Shown: piece after piece, positions 52,963-63,425 of the stretch | Position numbering within the stretch: position 1 is the first letter of the stretch | Layout of the letters: each line of letters begins with the position of its first letter | NCBI GenBank assembly: GCA_027451965.1 | Contig: DAIDHJ010000001.1 | Span: forward strand, 424,963 to 488,962 | Direction: 5' to 3' | Length of the DNA stretch: 64,000 nt | Source of the DNA: Candidatus Adlerbacteria bacterium | GTDB lineage: Bacteria > Patescibacteriota > Minisyncoccia > Phycocordibacterales > SBAW01 | Notes under the pieces: generated by a model | Database searches by the model: none | What the model saw: only the letters and a program-made list of their open reading frames with translations | What the model was told of the DNA's origin: nothing | Program-made: the position numbers and the translations under genes

Positions 52963-53997
52963 ATGATAGAGACTGAAACAATACTCCATCCAAACAATAA
53001 AATAGTCGAAACGTCGATGTTCTCACACATCATGGCTATTACCCTCAATCCGCAAAGTAACTACACAGAAGGAATAGTGCGATGCATTACCAGCAGAGAA
53101 GGAAATGTGCATGTCGCAGGATATACAGACCGAAGCGCTCTCTATAAAGTGAGTGGAAACCCCTTCTCCAAACTAACTCTTGATTCCCCTCTTACTATTG
53201 TTCAAGAAGAAGAGATTATTCAATCTCTGATAACACCGGGGTTTGATTACCTTGGTCTTGAAGATCCTGATTTATGGCTGGATGAGTCTACAGGAACACT
53301 TCACCTTTATTTTACTATTCCACTTATCGCACGAGATCCAAAGGTGGGGTACTCTCTGATTCATCTTGGACATGCAGCAGGGACCAATCTCGATTCACTA
53401 CAAATGACCGAACCGGTACTGAGAGCGAGCAAAACTGATTTTTCACATTCCGTAGCAAAAGAACTTTCCATTGCCCCTCTTAACAGTCAGGGGGTTCGCT
53501 TTAATTTATTTGAAGGGGTGCACAAATCACAAAAGCACGCCCACGAATGCTCAGTCATTCAAGCGGCGGTGGCGAGCGATATGGGAACGACATGGGAGGT
53601 TATGAAGACAGTTTTTCATCCGGAAAGCGCTTCCATACCATGGATTGCTGGGCATGCCTCTCCCGGACCATTGCTGCCCAAATCCTTTCTTGATATTGGA
53701 GAAGGCAAGGTATTAGGCATTATCAACGGTCGGGAAGAAAATCAGATAATAGGAGAAGAAGTGCACTATGGAATGTTTTCTACGGGATTATGTATTTATA
53801 ACTATGAAACAGCTACCATTGAGTGGGTCTCCGAAACACCGTTGATACAAGATATTGAGGCAAAACATATCACCTTTGCGAGTCAATTTATAGAAACTGA
53901 ACCAGGAAAGGGTATTCTTTATGCGCATATCGATGATTCATTCATCAGAGCGTATGAACTACGTGCAGAGGAGCTGCGAATTGCTCTTCCGGCATAA
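52963..53997 (+). CDS. hypothetical protein (possible beta-propeller glycosidase-like fold)
   Basis: 344-aa ORF with no secure motif. The GH130/DUF377-like guess is weak. Confidence 0.4.
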   Translation: MIETETILHPNNKIVETSMFSHIMAITLNPQSNYTEGIVRCITSREGNVHVAGYTDRSALYKVSGNPFSKLTLDSPLTIVQEEEIIQSLITPGFDYLGLEDPDLWLDESTGTLHLYFTIPLIARDPKVGYSLIHLGHAAGTNLDSLQMTEPVLRASKTDFSHSVAKELSIAPLNSQGVRFNLFEGVHKSQKHAHECSVIQAAVASDMGTTWEVMKTVFHPESASIPWIAGHASPGPLLPKSFLDIGEGKVLGIINGREENQIIGEEVHYGMFSTGLCIYNYETATIEWVSETPLIQDIEAKHITFASQFIETEPGKGILYAHIDDSFIRAYELRAEELRIALPA

Positions 53998-54004
53998 CAT
54001 AACG

Positions 54005-54787
54005 TTATCGTATTGCATCTGCCACAGCATATTCCCCTACCTTTGTTCGTAGAATATGCAGTGCGAGTGATGGTATGCCAATACGTTCACCAAGCGTGTG
54101 GGCAATGGAACGTACATATGTTCCAGAAGAGCAGGAAATAGAGACAGTAGCACAAGGGAATGTGCGCGTTCCTTTGGAGGAAAGAGATCGCTTCCAGCAT
54201 CGCAATATATCATCTTGTCGAAAATCACCCTGCACTCGCCCGATGCTCGATTCAATATATGCAAGAAGAGTGGCTTCTTCTACCTTATAGGTATGTGTGA
54301 CAGAAATATCATAAATAGTAATTGGATGTTTCGGTAAAACCAAGGTGTGTATGTCCTCAGTTCGAGCTAAAGTGAAAAGCGGCTTTCCTTCAATTGTCTT
54401 AGAAGAAAATGCTGGATATGCTTGCGAAATAGAACCTTGAAATTCTCGTAAGGCATTTGTGATGGAATTTTTTACACAGAGGGACGGATCTCCTTGTTCC
54501 AGTATTTTTCCTAAAATATCGTAAGTGTCAGTAGCAAAACCGAATAATATATCAAAGACGTATTCCTTGGACATATTGAGGTATTCGTTGTGCTGCTTGT
54601 TTGCAGATCCAACCAAACAAACAAGCACTCCTTCGGCCATCGGGTCCAGCCTACCTGCATATGATAGTACCTCATGCTGATACAGCGGGCGCTGCACTCT
54701 CAAACGTTCCAATCGTTCACGAGGTGTCTCCCCTACCTGTTTGTAAAGATTGAGCACTTCTCCGGAACCTGTGAATTTTGCACTCAT
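54005..54787 (-). CDS. truB: tRNA pseudouridine(55) synthase TruB
   Basis: 260 aa. YAGRLDPMAEGVLVCLVGS contains the catalytic Asp motif (GxLDPxAxGVL). Confidence 0.85.
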   Translation of the reverse strand: MSAKFTGSGEVLNLYKQVGETPRERLERLRVQRPLYQHEVLSYAGRLDPMAEGVLVCLVGSANKQHNEYLNMSKEYVFDILFGFATDTYDILGKILEQGDPSLCVKNSITNALREFQGSISQAYPAFSSKTIEGKPLFTLARTEDIHTLVLPKHPITIYDISVTHTYKVEEATLLAYIESSIGRVQGDFRQDDILRCWKRSLSSKGTRTFPCATVSISCSSGTYVRSIAHTLGERIGIPSLALHILRTKVGEYAVADAIR

Positions 54788-54814
54788 TTCTGTTAGAATA
54801 GCTCACAACATCGT

Positions 54815-56053
54815 ATGAGTAAAAAGGATGCGCCTTCCACCGAACCATACAAGGGAGTACGAGATTTTTATCCAGAAGATCAGGCAATATTGCGCTACTT
54901 TATCCGTACTGCACAGAAAACAGTGGAGCGTTTTGGTTATGAAGAATATCACGCATCTATCCTTGAACCGGCTGAGTTGTACCGTGGAAAAACCAGTCAA
55001 GAAATTATTACAGAACAAGTCTATAGCTTTACTGACCGTGGAGGACGAGAGGTGATGCTGCGTCCCGAGATGACTCCTACCATTGCACGCATGGTTGCAG
55101 CACGGAGGCGCGAAATGGGATTTCCATTACGTCTCTATTCCATTCCAAACGTGTTTCGATATGAACGTCCTCAACGAGGGAGAGTTCGAGAGCATTGGCA
55201 GCTCAACATTGATCTTTTCGGCTCTAAAGTACATGAAGCAGAAGCTGAAATCATTGCTATTGCTCACGCAACAATGCGAGCATTTGGAGCAAAGGACAGC
55301 GATTTTACCATCCGCATAGGAAGCAGAACCTTTCTCAATACACTTATTGAGCACTATCACCTCTCTGAAGAACAGGCTCGCGCCTTCCGTGCACATTTGG
55401 ATGCACGCGCAAAAATGCCTCTGGATGAGTTTGAGAGCGGCTTACGCACTCTTGGCATACCCTTAGAAGCACTTTCATCCTCCAACATACCTGAGGATGT
55501 GGAAAACGTGCTTTCGTTGCTTCGCGCAGAACAGATCACCAATGCAGTATTTGCTCCCGACATTGTGCGCGGCTTTGATTATTACACTGGCATCGTGTTT
55601 GAAGTATTTGATACTGACCCCCAAAATACACGTTCTCTCTTCGGGGGCGGCCGATATGACAATTTATTGGCCATGTTTGATGAAGAGCCTGTACCGGCAG
55701 TTGGATTCGGGATGGGAGATGTTACTTTGCGGGATTTTCTCGAAACTCATAACCTTCTGCCTCAATACATACCGGCCACACAACTGTATATATCTATCCC
55801 CTCTTCCCATACCCTTACCGAAGCGCAGTTGCTTGCACAGCGACTGCGCGATAAAGGAATAAATGTTGCTATAGATTTCGGAGAAAAAAAACTTTCTGAC
55901 CAGATCAGAACCGCAGATAAGCATCACATACCATATCTTATTGTTGTGGGTGAAAGTGAAATTCAAGCAAAACGCTATCAGTTGCGCAAACTCAGCGATG
56001 GATCAGAAACGACTTGCACAGAAGAAGAACTGGTATCAAAAATCAATGGATAA
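54815..56053 (+). CDS. hisS: histidyl-tRNA synthetase
   Basis: 412 aa. GVRDFYPED, class II motif 2 RYERPQRGRVREHWQLNIDLFG, and a C-terminal anticodon-binding domain. Confidence 0.92.
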   Translation: MSKKDAPSTEPYKGVRDFYPEDQAILRYFIRTAQKTVERFGYEEYHASILEPAELYRGKTSQEIITEQVYSFTDRGGREVMLRPEMTPTIARMVAARRREMGFPLRLYSIPNVFRYERPQRGRVREHWQLNIDLFGSKVHEAEAEIIAIAHATMRAFGAKDSDFTIRIGSRTFLNTLIEHYHLSEEQARAFRAHLDARAKMPLDEFESGLRTLGIPLEALSSSNIPEDVENVLSLLRAEQITNAVFAPDIVRGFDYYTGIVFEVFDTDPQNTRSLFGGGRYDNLLAMFDEEPVPAVGFGMGDVTLRDFLETHNLLPQYIPATQLYISIPSSHTLTEAQLLAQRLRDKGINVAIDFGEKKLSDQIRTADKHHIPYLIVVGESEIQAKRYQLRKLSDGSETTCTEEELVSKING

Positions 56054-56061
56054 AAAAGTGC

Positions 56062-56634
56062 ATGCGATACATTACCTTTGACATTGAAACAATTGGAGAA
56101 ATCGTAAACGGTGACCTGTCCAATCAAGAAGTGACTGTAGTTGGTATACATGACTCTGCAACGAATGAATACGCCAGTTTTCTCAAAGATGAGCTGCATG
56201 CGCTTTGGCCTGTTTTTGAACAGGCTGATGCACTTATTGGATATAATTCGGACCATTTCGATATACCTATTTTAAATAAGTATTATCCAGGAGATCTCAC
56301 CAAAATAAAAAGTATCGACTTACTTAAGGAAATACGGAATGTCCTTGGAAGACGCTTGAAGCTGGATAATGTGGCTGAAGCAACACTCGGCACAAAAAAA
56401 ACAGGAACTGGGCTTGAAGCCATTGCATGGTGGGCTGAAGGTAAAGTAGAGCAAGTCAGACAGTATTGTCTTGACGACGTCAAAATCACAAGAGCTCTGT
56501 ATGAATACATGCGCGACCATGGTTCCGTTAAATATAGAGATTTTGACGGACTCCGCGAGCTAAAAATTAATACGTCACATTGGAGCGAAAGACCGACACG
56601 AGAAAATTTCCTTACGCATACCCTCCCCTTTTAA
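56062..56634 (+). CDS. DEDD-family 3'-5' exonuclease (DnaQ-like)
   Basis: Exo I YITFDIETIG, Exo II GYNSDHFDIPIL, Exo III YCLDDVKITRALYEYM. The start is set at the ATG 8 nt after the hisS stop; the ORF-track frame starts at 56014 inside hisS. Confidence 0.8.
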   Translation: MRYITFDIETIGEIVNGDLSNQEVTVVGIHDSATNEYASFLKDELHALWPVFEQADALIGYNSDHFDIPILNKYYPGDLTKIKSIDLLKEIRNVLGRRLKLDNVAEATLGTKKTGTGLEAIAWWAEGKVEQVRQYCLDDVKITRALYEYMRDHGSVKYRDFDGLRELKINTSHWSERPTRENFLTHTLPF

Positions 56635-56683
56635 GGCCTGAAATCCGCATGCTATACTGCCGGTACGTAACTTACTTATTTAT

Positions 56684-57397
56684 ATGAAAGCACAATATAT
56701 TTTACCGATTACTATCGTTGTTGCGGGGGCACTTATTGCCGGCGGTGTATTCCTTGCGGGTAAGCAAAATATCCCCTCAACGAGCACATTCGGGCAATTT
56801 CAAGCCGACAAGGCTGCACCAGTCACTTCCAACGATCATATACTTGGGAATCCAAACGCTCCCGTGAAAGTAGTGGAATATGCAGACTTAGAGTGTCCGT
56901 ACTGCAAACAGTTCCAAACAACCATGCATCAGATCATGGATTATTACGGTCCATCGGGAAAAGTTGCGTGGGTATTTCGACCCTTCCCTCTTGCACAAAT
57001 TCACTCAAAAGCTCCTGAGGAAGCCCAAGCTGCAGAATGCGCAGCAGATCAAGGAGGAAGTCAGGCGTTCTTTAACTATATTGATAAGATTTATAGCATC
57101 ACTCCATCGGATAACGGCCTTGATCTTTCGCAACTTCCAACTGTAGCGCAAGAGATTGGTCTTAATGTTGATACGTTCAATCAATGCCTCAGTAGCGGTA
57201 AATTCGCTAATAAAGTACAACAAAGCTACAATGATGCCATTGCGGCGGGCGGACAAGGTACGCCATTCATCCTTATCGTCTTTAATGGAGGTGCGATACC
57301 GCTTGAAGGAGATCAGCCGTATGATTCTATGCGAGCAGCAATTGATGCAGCACTTGCCCAAATTCCTACTGCCGCCACAAGCACTTCAACCCAGTAA
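56684..57397 (+). CDS. DsbA family thiol:disulfide oxidoreductase (membrane-anchored)
   Basis: 237 aa. N-terminal TM helix and CxxC (LECPYCKQF). Second DsbA-like paralog in the window. Confidence 0.75.
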   Translation: MKAQYILPITIVVAGALIAGGVFLAGKQNIPSTSTFGQFQADKAAPVTSNDHILGNPNAPVKVVEYADLECPYCKQFQTTMHQIMDYYGPSGKVAWVFRPFPLAQIHSKAPEEAQAAECAADQGGSQAFFNYIDKIYSITPSDNGLDLSQLPTVAQEIGLNVDTFNQCLSSGKFANKVQQSYNDAIAAGGQGTPFILIVFNGGAIPLEGDQPYDSMRAAIDAALAQIPTAATSTSTQ

Positions 57398-60370
57398 TGG
57401 AGTGATGAATGTGCGCAACGCACAATAGCGACAATCCTTCTTATTGCATCCTTTCTCCATAAAAGAAAGATCGATAATTTCTTGAGCTATATCCTGCAGG
57501 AGCTGCAGTAATGCTTGACTATCCTCTATAGATAGCGGAACCGATACTGATATGGATCGATTCTGTTCATCAGGTTCGATGAATTCTATAATTCCCTCTT
57601 CTGCCGGACCGAAAGGTGTGCGCGACGTTGCACTGTAGTCCAGTAGTACCTTATAAAATATGAGTTGTCGCTTATAGGGTCCCCAGAGGAGGACGTCTTC
57701 TTTTCCAAAAATCTGCCCTCTGGTTTTTGGCTTTCCTGTCTTGTAATCGTGTATGTATACCGCTCCTTCCGGAGTAATGGAAATTTTATCTATGTCTCCG
57801 CGCAATCGCAGGTTCGGCAATGTGCCCATATCTGTCATCGGCAATAGCACAGTGAGCGAGTACTCATTGAAAATAGATCGATTCCAACGCGCATGCCCTT
57901 GCTGATAATAGGTACGGAGGGCTCGTTTTCCTTTTTCTTCAATTGTGGGAAGTATCGATGCAGGAAGCAGAGTGGTACGCAGTGCGCGTGTAAATAACCG
58001 TATCAAACCGCGAGTGCCGGGATTGATTCCTTCTTTCCATTGTTCAAAAAATTGATAGAGTGCGGCATGAACGGCAGTGCCGTATTCCAGTTCCTTTTCC
58101 GGAGCTTCAGGAACACGGAGCAGATTGCGGTAGAAATATCTCCAAGGGCATTCTAAATAATTATTTACCGCCGTAGCGGATAAGCCTTGTTTAAAAAAGA
58201 GTTCCTGTACAAATGCCCGATCAAGATACTCCGAAGAAATGGGCTTAGTTTCAGGTAAAGAAGGACGTGCTATCGGCACATACTGTGCTGCTGTGGACAG
58301 ATTCATTTCCTGAATGAATTGCGTCGGAAGAAACTGGGTGCCGGTTTCGCTTTCTTGTGCATAGGTAATTACTATGTGCTGTTTTGCCCGGGTAAGCGCC
58401 ACGTAAAACAACCGCCGTTCATCATCGGTATCATTTTCTGCAGTCGTAGATTGTAATGGAGAAAACAAGAGATGTTCATGTCGATTCCCCCAGTGGCCGT
58501 CATTTGCGTGAATGATATATACATAGGCAAATTCCTGTCCTTTTGCACGATGCGCAGTCATGAGGCGCACGGCAGGTCTGTCTCCGGAGGACATAGGTAT
58601 CGAAAGAGACAGATTATATTCTTCAAGTAACGCCACATGCTTGAGAAACGATTCTAATGATGCGTGGCGATCGTTTCTGCACAAAAGTGCAGCTTCTGCA
58701 AATACTGCTCGCATATAGGCAAGCTTCTCTTCCGGATAAGAAGAGGTAAGAAGAGCGGCAATAAACCCTGATTCTTCTGCCACGGCATTCAGTGTTTTCA
58801 GTAATCCTTCATTATGCGCCAGGCGTTTCCATCGATGCAGTTTTTTTCCAAGCGCGATGAACGGTTGTACCTCTTGTATGCCCATATTTCGTAAAAGAGG
58901 CGCATTCGCAAGTGCTCCGAACAAATCTCTTTTTCTGTGATAAATGAATCGAGCGACATCCAGAGTATTGAGGTGAAGAAAATCGATATGCAATACCGGT
59001 ATAAGCGCGTCATCTTTACCATATAAGACAATAGCAGACAGAATAGAGAGTAGTTTTCTGATTGAAAGATTTGCTAAAGCATTCTGCTCTGAGGCAACCA
59101 TGGAAGGTACGCCTTCAGAAACCAGTGCGGAGAGTACAGCTTCCGCATCACGATTCACTCGATAAATAACAGCGATGTCTCGAGGATCCACACCTTCCGC
59201 GAGTTTCTGTTTAATATCTTTTGCGACAAACAGGCATTCATCCTGTGGCCGGTCACAGGCATACACCTCTACAGCCTCAGCGGCAGTACCGGCATGTTTT
59301 GATAAAAGCGCCTGATGTTTCCCCATTCCGGCAGGAGTGTAGGAGATAAGCGCATGTGCAGTATCCAGGATAGATTGTACAGAACGGTAATTTGCAGTGA
59401 GTGCAATGAGTATTGCGTCGGGAAACCGCTTTTTAAAGAACAAAAAATTATCTAATGATGCTCCTTGAAAACGAAAAATAGCTTGTTTTTCGTCCCCTAC
59501 AACAAAAATATTAGGATGATCATGGAAACTGACCAGCAGGTCAAGTAATTGATTTTGACTTTCATTCACATCCTGATGTTCATCTGCAAGCACGTACTGT
59601 GCCTCCTCTTGCAATGTAAGAAGTAATTCAGGATCGTTTCGCAAGGCACGGATGACCTCCAGAAGCATATCCTCATAATCGTACACATGCTCTTTTGCCA
59701 ATGCTGCTTCATATGCTCGATACAGAATGAGTAGTTCTTCATCACGATGCAGGCGCTTCTGTAACTGTACATACTTACCGCGCATGGATCCTTTATGAAC
59801 TCCTTTTACGTGATACAGATCAGGGATGGCACGAAATGCTTCGAGACGCTGCTGTACGAGAGTAGCAAAATCATCAGGAGTGATATGCTCACGCTTGAGT
59901 TCAGAAATTTTCTGCGCAATAGCGGAAACATAAAAATAAGTGTTACCGAACGGTCGTAGTATGTTGAGCGCTGTTTTGTCCACCAACCGCTGCAATATGG
60001 CAATACGCTCCACACTGCTGAGAGATCGGCTGCCGACTATGCGTGGAAATGCATCAGGAAACCGTCGTATGACTTCATTGGCATAGCTATGGAACGTGTG
60101 TATTTGTACCCGGTATCCCGGCGTACCGACGATATCCACGAGCCGTCGGCGACACGTTGCTGCAGCGGATTCGGTAAACGTAAGTGCGAGTATAGCCTCT
60201 GGCGGCGTGTCAGTAAGTCGAAGAATATTGGCAATACGCAGCGTAAGAATCTGGGTTTTACCCGTACCCGGACCGGCGATGACCATCACCGGTCCTTCAA
60301 TAGCATCGACTGCCCGCTTTTGTTGCGCATTGAGCTTCCTGTATAGGGTGTTGAAGGCTCCCTTTGCCAT
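57386..60370 (-). CDS. UvrD/PcrA-family helicase fused to C-terminal PD-(D/E)XK nuclease with Cas4/AddB-like Cys cluster
   Basis: 994 aa. Walker A AGPGTGKTQIL, UvrD motifs DEHQDVN and VGDEKQAIFRFQGA, then a C-terminal CPWRYFY...CNKKDCRYCALR (Cx...CxxxC/CxxC, RecB/Cas4-type). Confidence 0.85.
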   Translation of the reverse strand: MAKGAFNTLYRKLNAQQKRAVDAIEGPVMVIAGPGTGKTQILTLRIANILRLTDTPPEAILALTFTESAAATCRRRLVDIVGTPGYRVQIHTFHSYANEVIRRFPDAFPRIVGSRSLSSVERIAILQRLVDKTALNILRPFGNTYFYVSAIAQKISELKREHITPDDFATLVQQRLEAFRAIPDLYHVKGVHKGSMRGKYVQLQKRLHRDEELLILYRAYEAALAKEHVYDYEDMLLEVIRALRNDPELLLTLQEEAQYVLADEHQDVNESQNQLLDLLVSFHDHPNIFVVGDEKQAIFRFQGASLDNFLFFKKRFPDAILIALTANYRSVQSILDTAHALISYTPAGMGKHQALLSKHAGTAAEAVEVYACDRPQDECLFVAKDIKQKLAEGVDPRDIAVIYRVNRDAEAVLSALVSEGVPSMVASEQNALANLSIRKLLSILSAIVLYGKDDALIPVLHIDFLHLNTLDVARFIYHRKRDLFGALANAPLLRNMGIQEVQPFIALGKKLHRWKRLAHNEGLLKTLNAVAEESGFIAALLTSSYPEEKLAYMRAVFAEAALLCRNDRHASLESFLKHVALLEEYNLSLSIPMSSGDRPAVRLMTAHRAKGQEFAYVYIIHANDGHWGNRHEHLLFSPLQSTTAENDTDDERRLFYVALTRAKQHIVITYAQESETGTQFLPTQFIQEMNLSTAAQYVPIARPSLPETKPISSEYLDRAFVQELFFKQGLSATAVNNYLECPWRYFYRNLLRVPEAPEKELEYGTAVHAALYQFFEQWKEGINPGTRGLIRLFTRALRTTLLPASILPTIEEKGKRALRTYYQQGHARWNRSIFNEYSLTVLLPMTDMGTLPNLRLRGDIDKISITPEGAVYIHDYKTGKPKTRGQIFGKEDVLLWGPYKRQLIFYKVLLDYSATSRTPFGPAEEGIIEFIEPDEQNRSISVSVPLSIEDSQALLQLLQDIAQEIIDLSFMEKGCNKKDCRYCALRTFITPLLG

Positions 60371-60407
60371 AGGGCCTTATTATATGACCTTGGAACGCTT
60401 TGAGCAC

Positions 60408-61676
60408 TTAATAGCTTCTGAGGCGCTTAGCTTTCTCGTGCGTTCGGATACGTTCAAGTGATTTTGCTTCAATTTGCCGAATACGTTCCCGGGTAACGCC
60501 AAATTTTTTCCCTACTTCCTCAAGAGTATGGTAGACACCGTCTTCAAGTCCGTGCCGAAGTTTGAGAATTTCGCGTTCTTTTGGAGAAAGTTCGTCAAGA
60601 ATTTCTCGCAACTGATCTGCGAGAATGCGATGTGCCACTTCCTGATCAGGAGAAAGCATGCGTTCATCTTTCACGAAATCGCCCAACACCGACTTCCCAT
60701 CTCCGTCATCATCTCCTACCGGGCTTTCAAGAGAAATAGTATCCTGATCGATTTTTTCAATCTGGTAAATTTTATCTACATCTACACCCATTTCGAGTGC
60801 AATTTCTTCCGGCAACGGATCCCGGCCCAAATCTTGTGCAAGTCGCCTTGATACCTGCTTATACTTGGCAATGGTCTCCACCATATGGACCGGGATACGG
60901 ATCGTACGGCTTTGATCGGCAAGCGCACGAGTGATTGCCTGGCGGATCCACCAGGTTGCATAGGTAGAAAACTTATATCCCTTGGTATAGTCGAATTTCT
61001 CCACTGCCTTATGCAGCCCGAGATTCCCTTCCTGAATAAGATCTAGCAGAGTGAGATCAGGACTTCGTCCCACATACTTCTTGGCTATAGAGACTACAAG
61101 ACGCAGGTTGGCGCGCCAGAGCAGGTTTTTTGCTTCAGGATCACCTTCCACTATGCGTTTTGCTAGATCACGTTCCTCCTGACCTGAAAGCAGCGGGTAC
61201 TTTCCTATTTCTCGAAGATAAATCTGAATAGAGTCATATTGCGAATCGGAGCGTCCATACCCTTTTTCAATCGGTTCCTCTTGCACTTCAAGCATACCTC
61301 CTCCTTCAAGTACATCGACATGCGCTGAAGCAAGACGCTCATATAATTCTTCAAGAAAGAAGACATCGGTTTCGATATTAGGAAAATTCTTGAGAATTTC
61401 ATCATAGGTAACAAATCCTCGTTCTCGACCATGTGCAATCAGGTGTTCTGCCTTTCTATCCTGTTCTTCAAGTTTTTTATTTCCCTTAGGAGCAACCTTT
61501 GGCGCTGTTTTTGCCACTACCTTCTTTTTTTTGATTTCTTTTTTTGTTTTTGCGCGGCGTTTTGCAGCAGCACGTTTATAGGAAGCTGCTTTAGCGCGCG
61601 TAGGTGAACTGCGCTTCGCTGGTCGGGCTTTTGCCGCCTTTTTCACACTCTTTTTAGTTTTTGCCATTTTAGCCAT
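60408..61676 (-). CDS. rpoD: RNA polymerase sigma-70 factor RpoD with Lys/Ala-rich N-terminal tail
   Basis: 422 aa. Regions 1.2-4 are present: [16 protein letters not shown] (2.4-like), the -35 recognition helix ...[21 protein letters not shown] (region 4.2), etc. The first roughly 70 aa are a histone-H1-like tract ([17 protein letters not shown]...[12 protein letters not shown]). Confidence 0.9.
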   Translation of the reverse strand: MAKMAKTKKSVKKAAKARPAKRSSPTRAKAASYKRAAAKRRAKTKKEIKKKKVVAKTAPKVAPKGNKKLEEQDRKAEHLIAHGRERGFVTYDEILKNFPNIETDVFFLEELYERLASAHVDVLEGGGMLEVQEEPIEKGYGRSDSQYDSIQIYLREIGKYPLLSGQEERDLAKRIVEGDPEAKNLLWRANLRLVVSIAKKYVGRSPDLTLLDLIQEGNLGLHKAVEKFDYTKGYKFSTYATWWIRQAITRALADQSRTIRIPVHMVETIAKYKQVSRRLAQDLGRDPLPEEIALEMGVDVDKIYQIEKIDQDTISLESPVGDDDGDGKSVLGDFVKDERMLSPDQEVAHRILADQLREILDELSPKEREILKLRHGLEDGVYHTLEEVGKKFGVTRERIRQIEAKSLERIRTHEKAKRLRSY

Positions 61677-61690
61677 TGTATCAAAAGTAC

Positions 61691-63379
61691 TTATTTTCTC
61701 AATGTTTCCTGCCTATGCTTCAGCAAGGCAAGCTTCTGCAGAATATCGGAGGATGCTGTTGCATTTCCTTCCTCAGTGCGTAATTGCCGTTGTAGTACCT
61801 GGATTTCTTCTCCAATCATGCTTCGTTCAATCGACTGCAGGAGCGAGTGAACGGTATTCTCCGTATCTTCTCCTAACAATTCAAATGAGAAACGGAACTG
61901 TTCTGCATCAGCGCGGTACTGAGCTTCAAGTGCGGCTACCCGCTCGTTTCCAAGCAACTCTGCCAGTGCTTGCACCTGCGGCGAGGATGCAGCGTAGGAA
62001 AAAAGAATCATTGCTGCGTTTCGATCCAGTGCAGAGAGATCACCCTCTTCTGCAGTCGTATCTGTAGGAATACGCTCTACAGAATGAGAAACCGGTGAAG
62101 AGCGTATTTTTTCAACTTCCGCGCGCACCGCCTCTTCCGGCACTTCCAAACGATGTGCGATGAGTGCGATGAAATGCGCCTGTTCTATCTTGCTTGTAAG
62201 TACTGATACGAGTGGCAGTACGTGCACTTCAACCTGTTTTTTATACGTTCGCGCATCCTTGGCTTGGTGCTGCAAGATATTAAGAAAGAACTCTATGGCC
62301 GTTTTTGATTCGCGTATCGCTGTCTTGAGCAGCGTTTGATCTTCATGCGCAAGATCTGCCGGATCTTTTCCTTCAGAGAAATGCGGAATCTTGACATCAA
62401 AGCCGGCTTGCAGAGCCATGTATGCGCTTTTAAGTCCTGCACGGATTCCCGCCGCGTCTCCGTCCAACGCAAGCACCAAGCGCTTTGAGAAACGACCGAG
62501 CAGTTGTAAATGCTCGGGAGTGAGTGCTGTTCCAGAAAGTGCGACTGTGAACGATAACCCGGACTGATGGCACATAACAAGATCGAACTGACCTTCGACC
62601 AACAGTATGCAATCATGTTTCCGGATAGATTGCCTTGCCCGGTCGAGCCCATAGAGAATTCGAGATTTTTTGAAGATGGGTGTTTCCGGAGAATTGACAT
62701 ACTTTGCCGGATCAGTTTCCTCGGAACCATGTACTGTTTCAAAAAATCGTCCGGAAAATCCTATCACATTCCCCTGCACATTGGATATGGGAAACATAAT
62801 CCGTCCTCTGAACCGGTCGTAGACCTCCCCTTGTTTCTTTTCAGAAGCAATGACAAGGCCGGCCTCTACCATTTCTTCGACAGAAAACCCCTGCGAGCGC
62901 AGATGCGTAGCAAGTCCTTCCCAGGAAGCAGGTGCATATCCTAGCTGCCATTGTGCCGCAGTCTCTGGGGTCACTCCGCGCTGCGCGAGATACTGTTCCA
63001 CATCCGTTCGCGCCGCAAGTGCCGACATGAAGTACGAGGAAGCAGCAGCACACACCGCGAAGAGTCGTTCATGGTTTTCCTTCTTCTGCGCCGGTGCCGT
63101 ATGCTGGAGCACTACTCCCGCTTGCTGTGCGAGCTGCTTGAGTACTTCAGAAAATTCTGCACCTTCTACTTTTTGCAGGAATGAGAATATATCCCCTTTT
63201 TCTCCGCAACCGAAGCATATATAAGTACCGCGTTCGGGGGAAACGAAAAACGATGGAGTTTTCTCTTTGTGGAACGGGCAGCGAGCGCGCATATTTCTTC
63301 CTGCGCGCTCCAGTTTCACATACTGCCCTACGACATCGGTAATATTGATCCGATCTTTTATTTCCTGTACCTCATCCAT
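61691..63379 (-). CDS. dnaG: DNA primase
   Basis: 562 aa. N-terminal zinc finger [11 protein letters not shown]...CFGC, Toprim domain ([14 protein letters not shown]) and a C-terminal helicase-interaction region. Confidence 0.92.
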   Translation of the reverse strand: MDEVQEIKDRINITDVVGQYVKLERAGRNMRARCPFHKEKTPSFFVSPERGTYICFGCGEKGDIFSFLQKVEGAEFSEVLKQLAQQAGVVLQHTAPAQKKENHERLFAVCAAASSYFMSALAARTDVEQYLAQRGVTPETAAQWQLGYAPASWEGLATHLRSQGFSVEEMVEAGLVIASEKKQGEVYDRFRGRIMFPISNVQGNVIGFSGRFFETVHGSEETDPAKYVNSPETPIFKKSRILYGLDRARQSIRKHDCILLVEGQFDLVMCHQSGLSFTVALSGTALTPEHLQLLGRFSKRLVLALDGDAAGIRAGLKSAYMALQAGFDVKIPHFSEGKDPADLAHEDQTLLKTAIRESKTAIEFFLNILQHQAKDARTYKKQVEVHVLPLVSVLTSKIEQAHFIALIAHRLEVPEEAVRAEVEKIRSSPVSHSVERIPTDTTAEEGDLSALDRNAAMILFSYAASSPQVQALAELLGNERVAALEAQYRADAEQFRFSFELLGEDTENTVHSLLQSIERSMIGEEIQVLQRQLRTEEGNATASSDILQKLALLKHRQETLRK

Positions 63380-63425
63380 ATCGCTTCATTCTAGTACGTT
63401 CACAAGCGACTGGAAGTCATGATCG

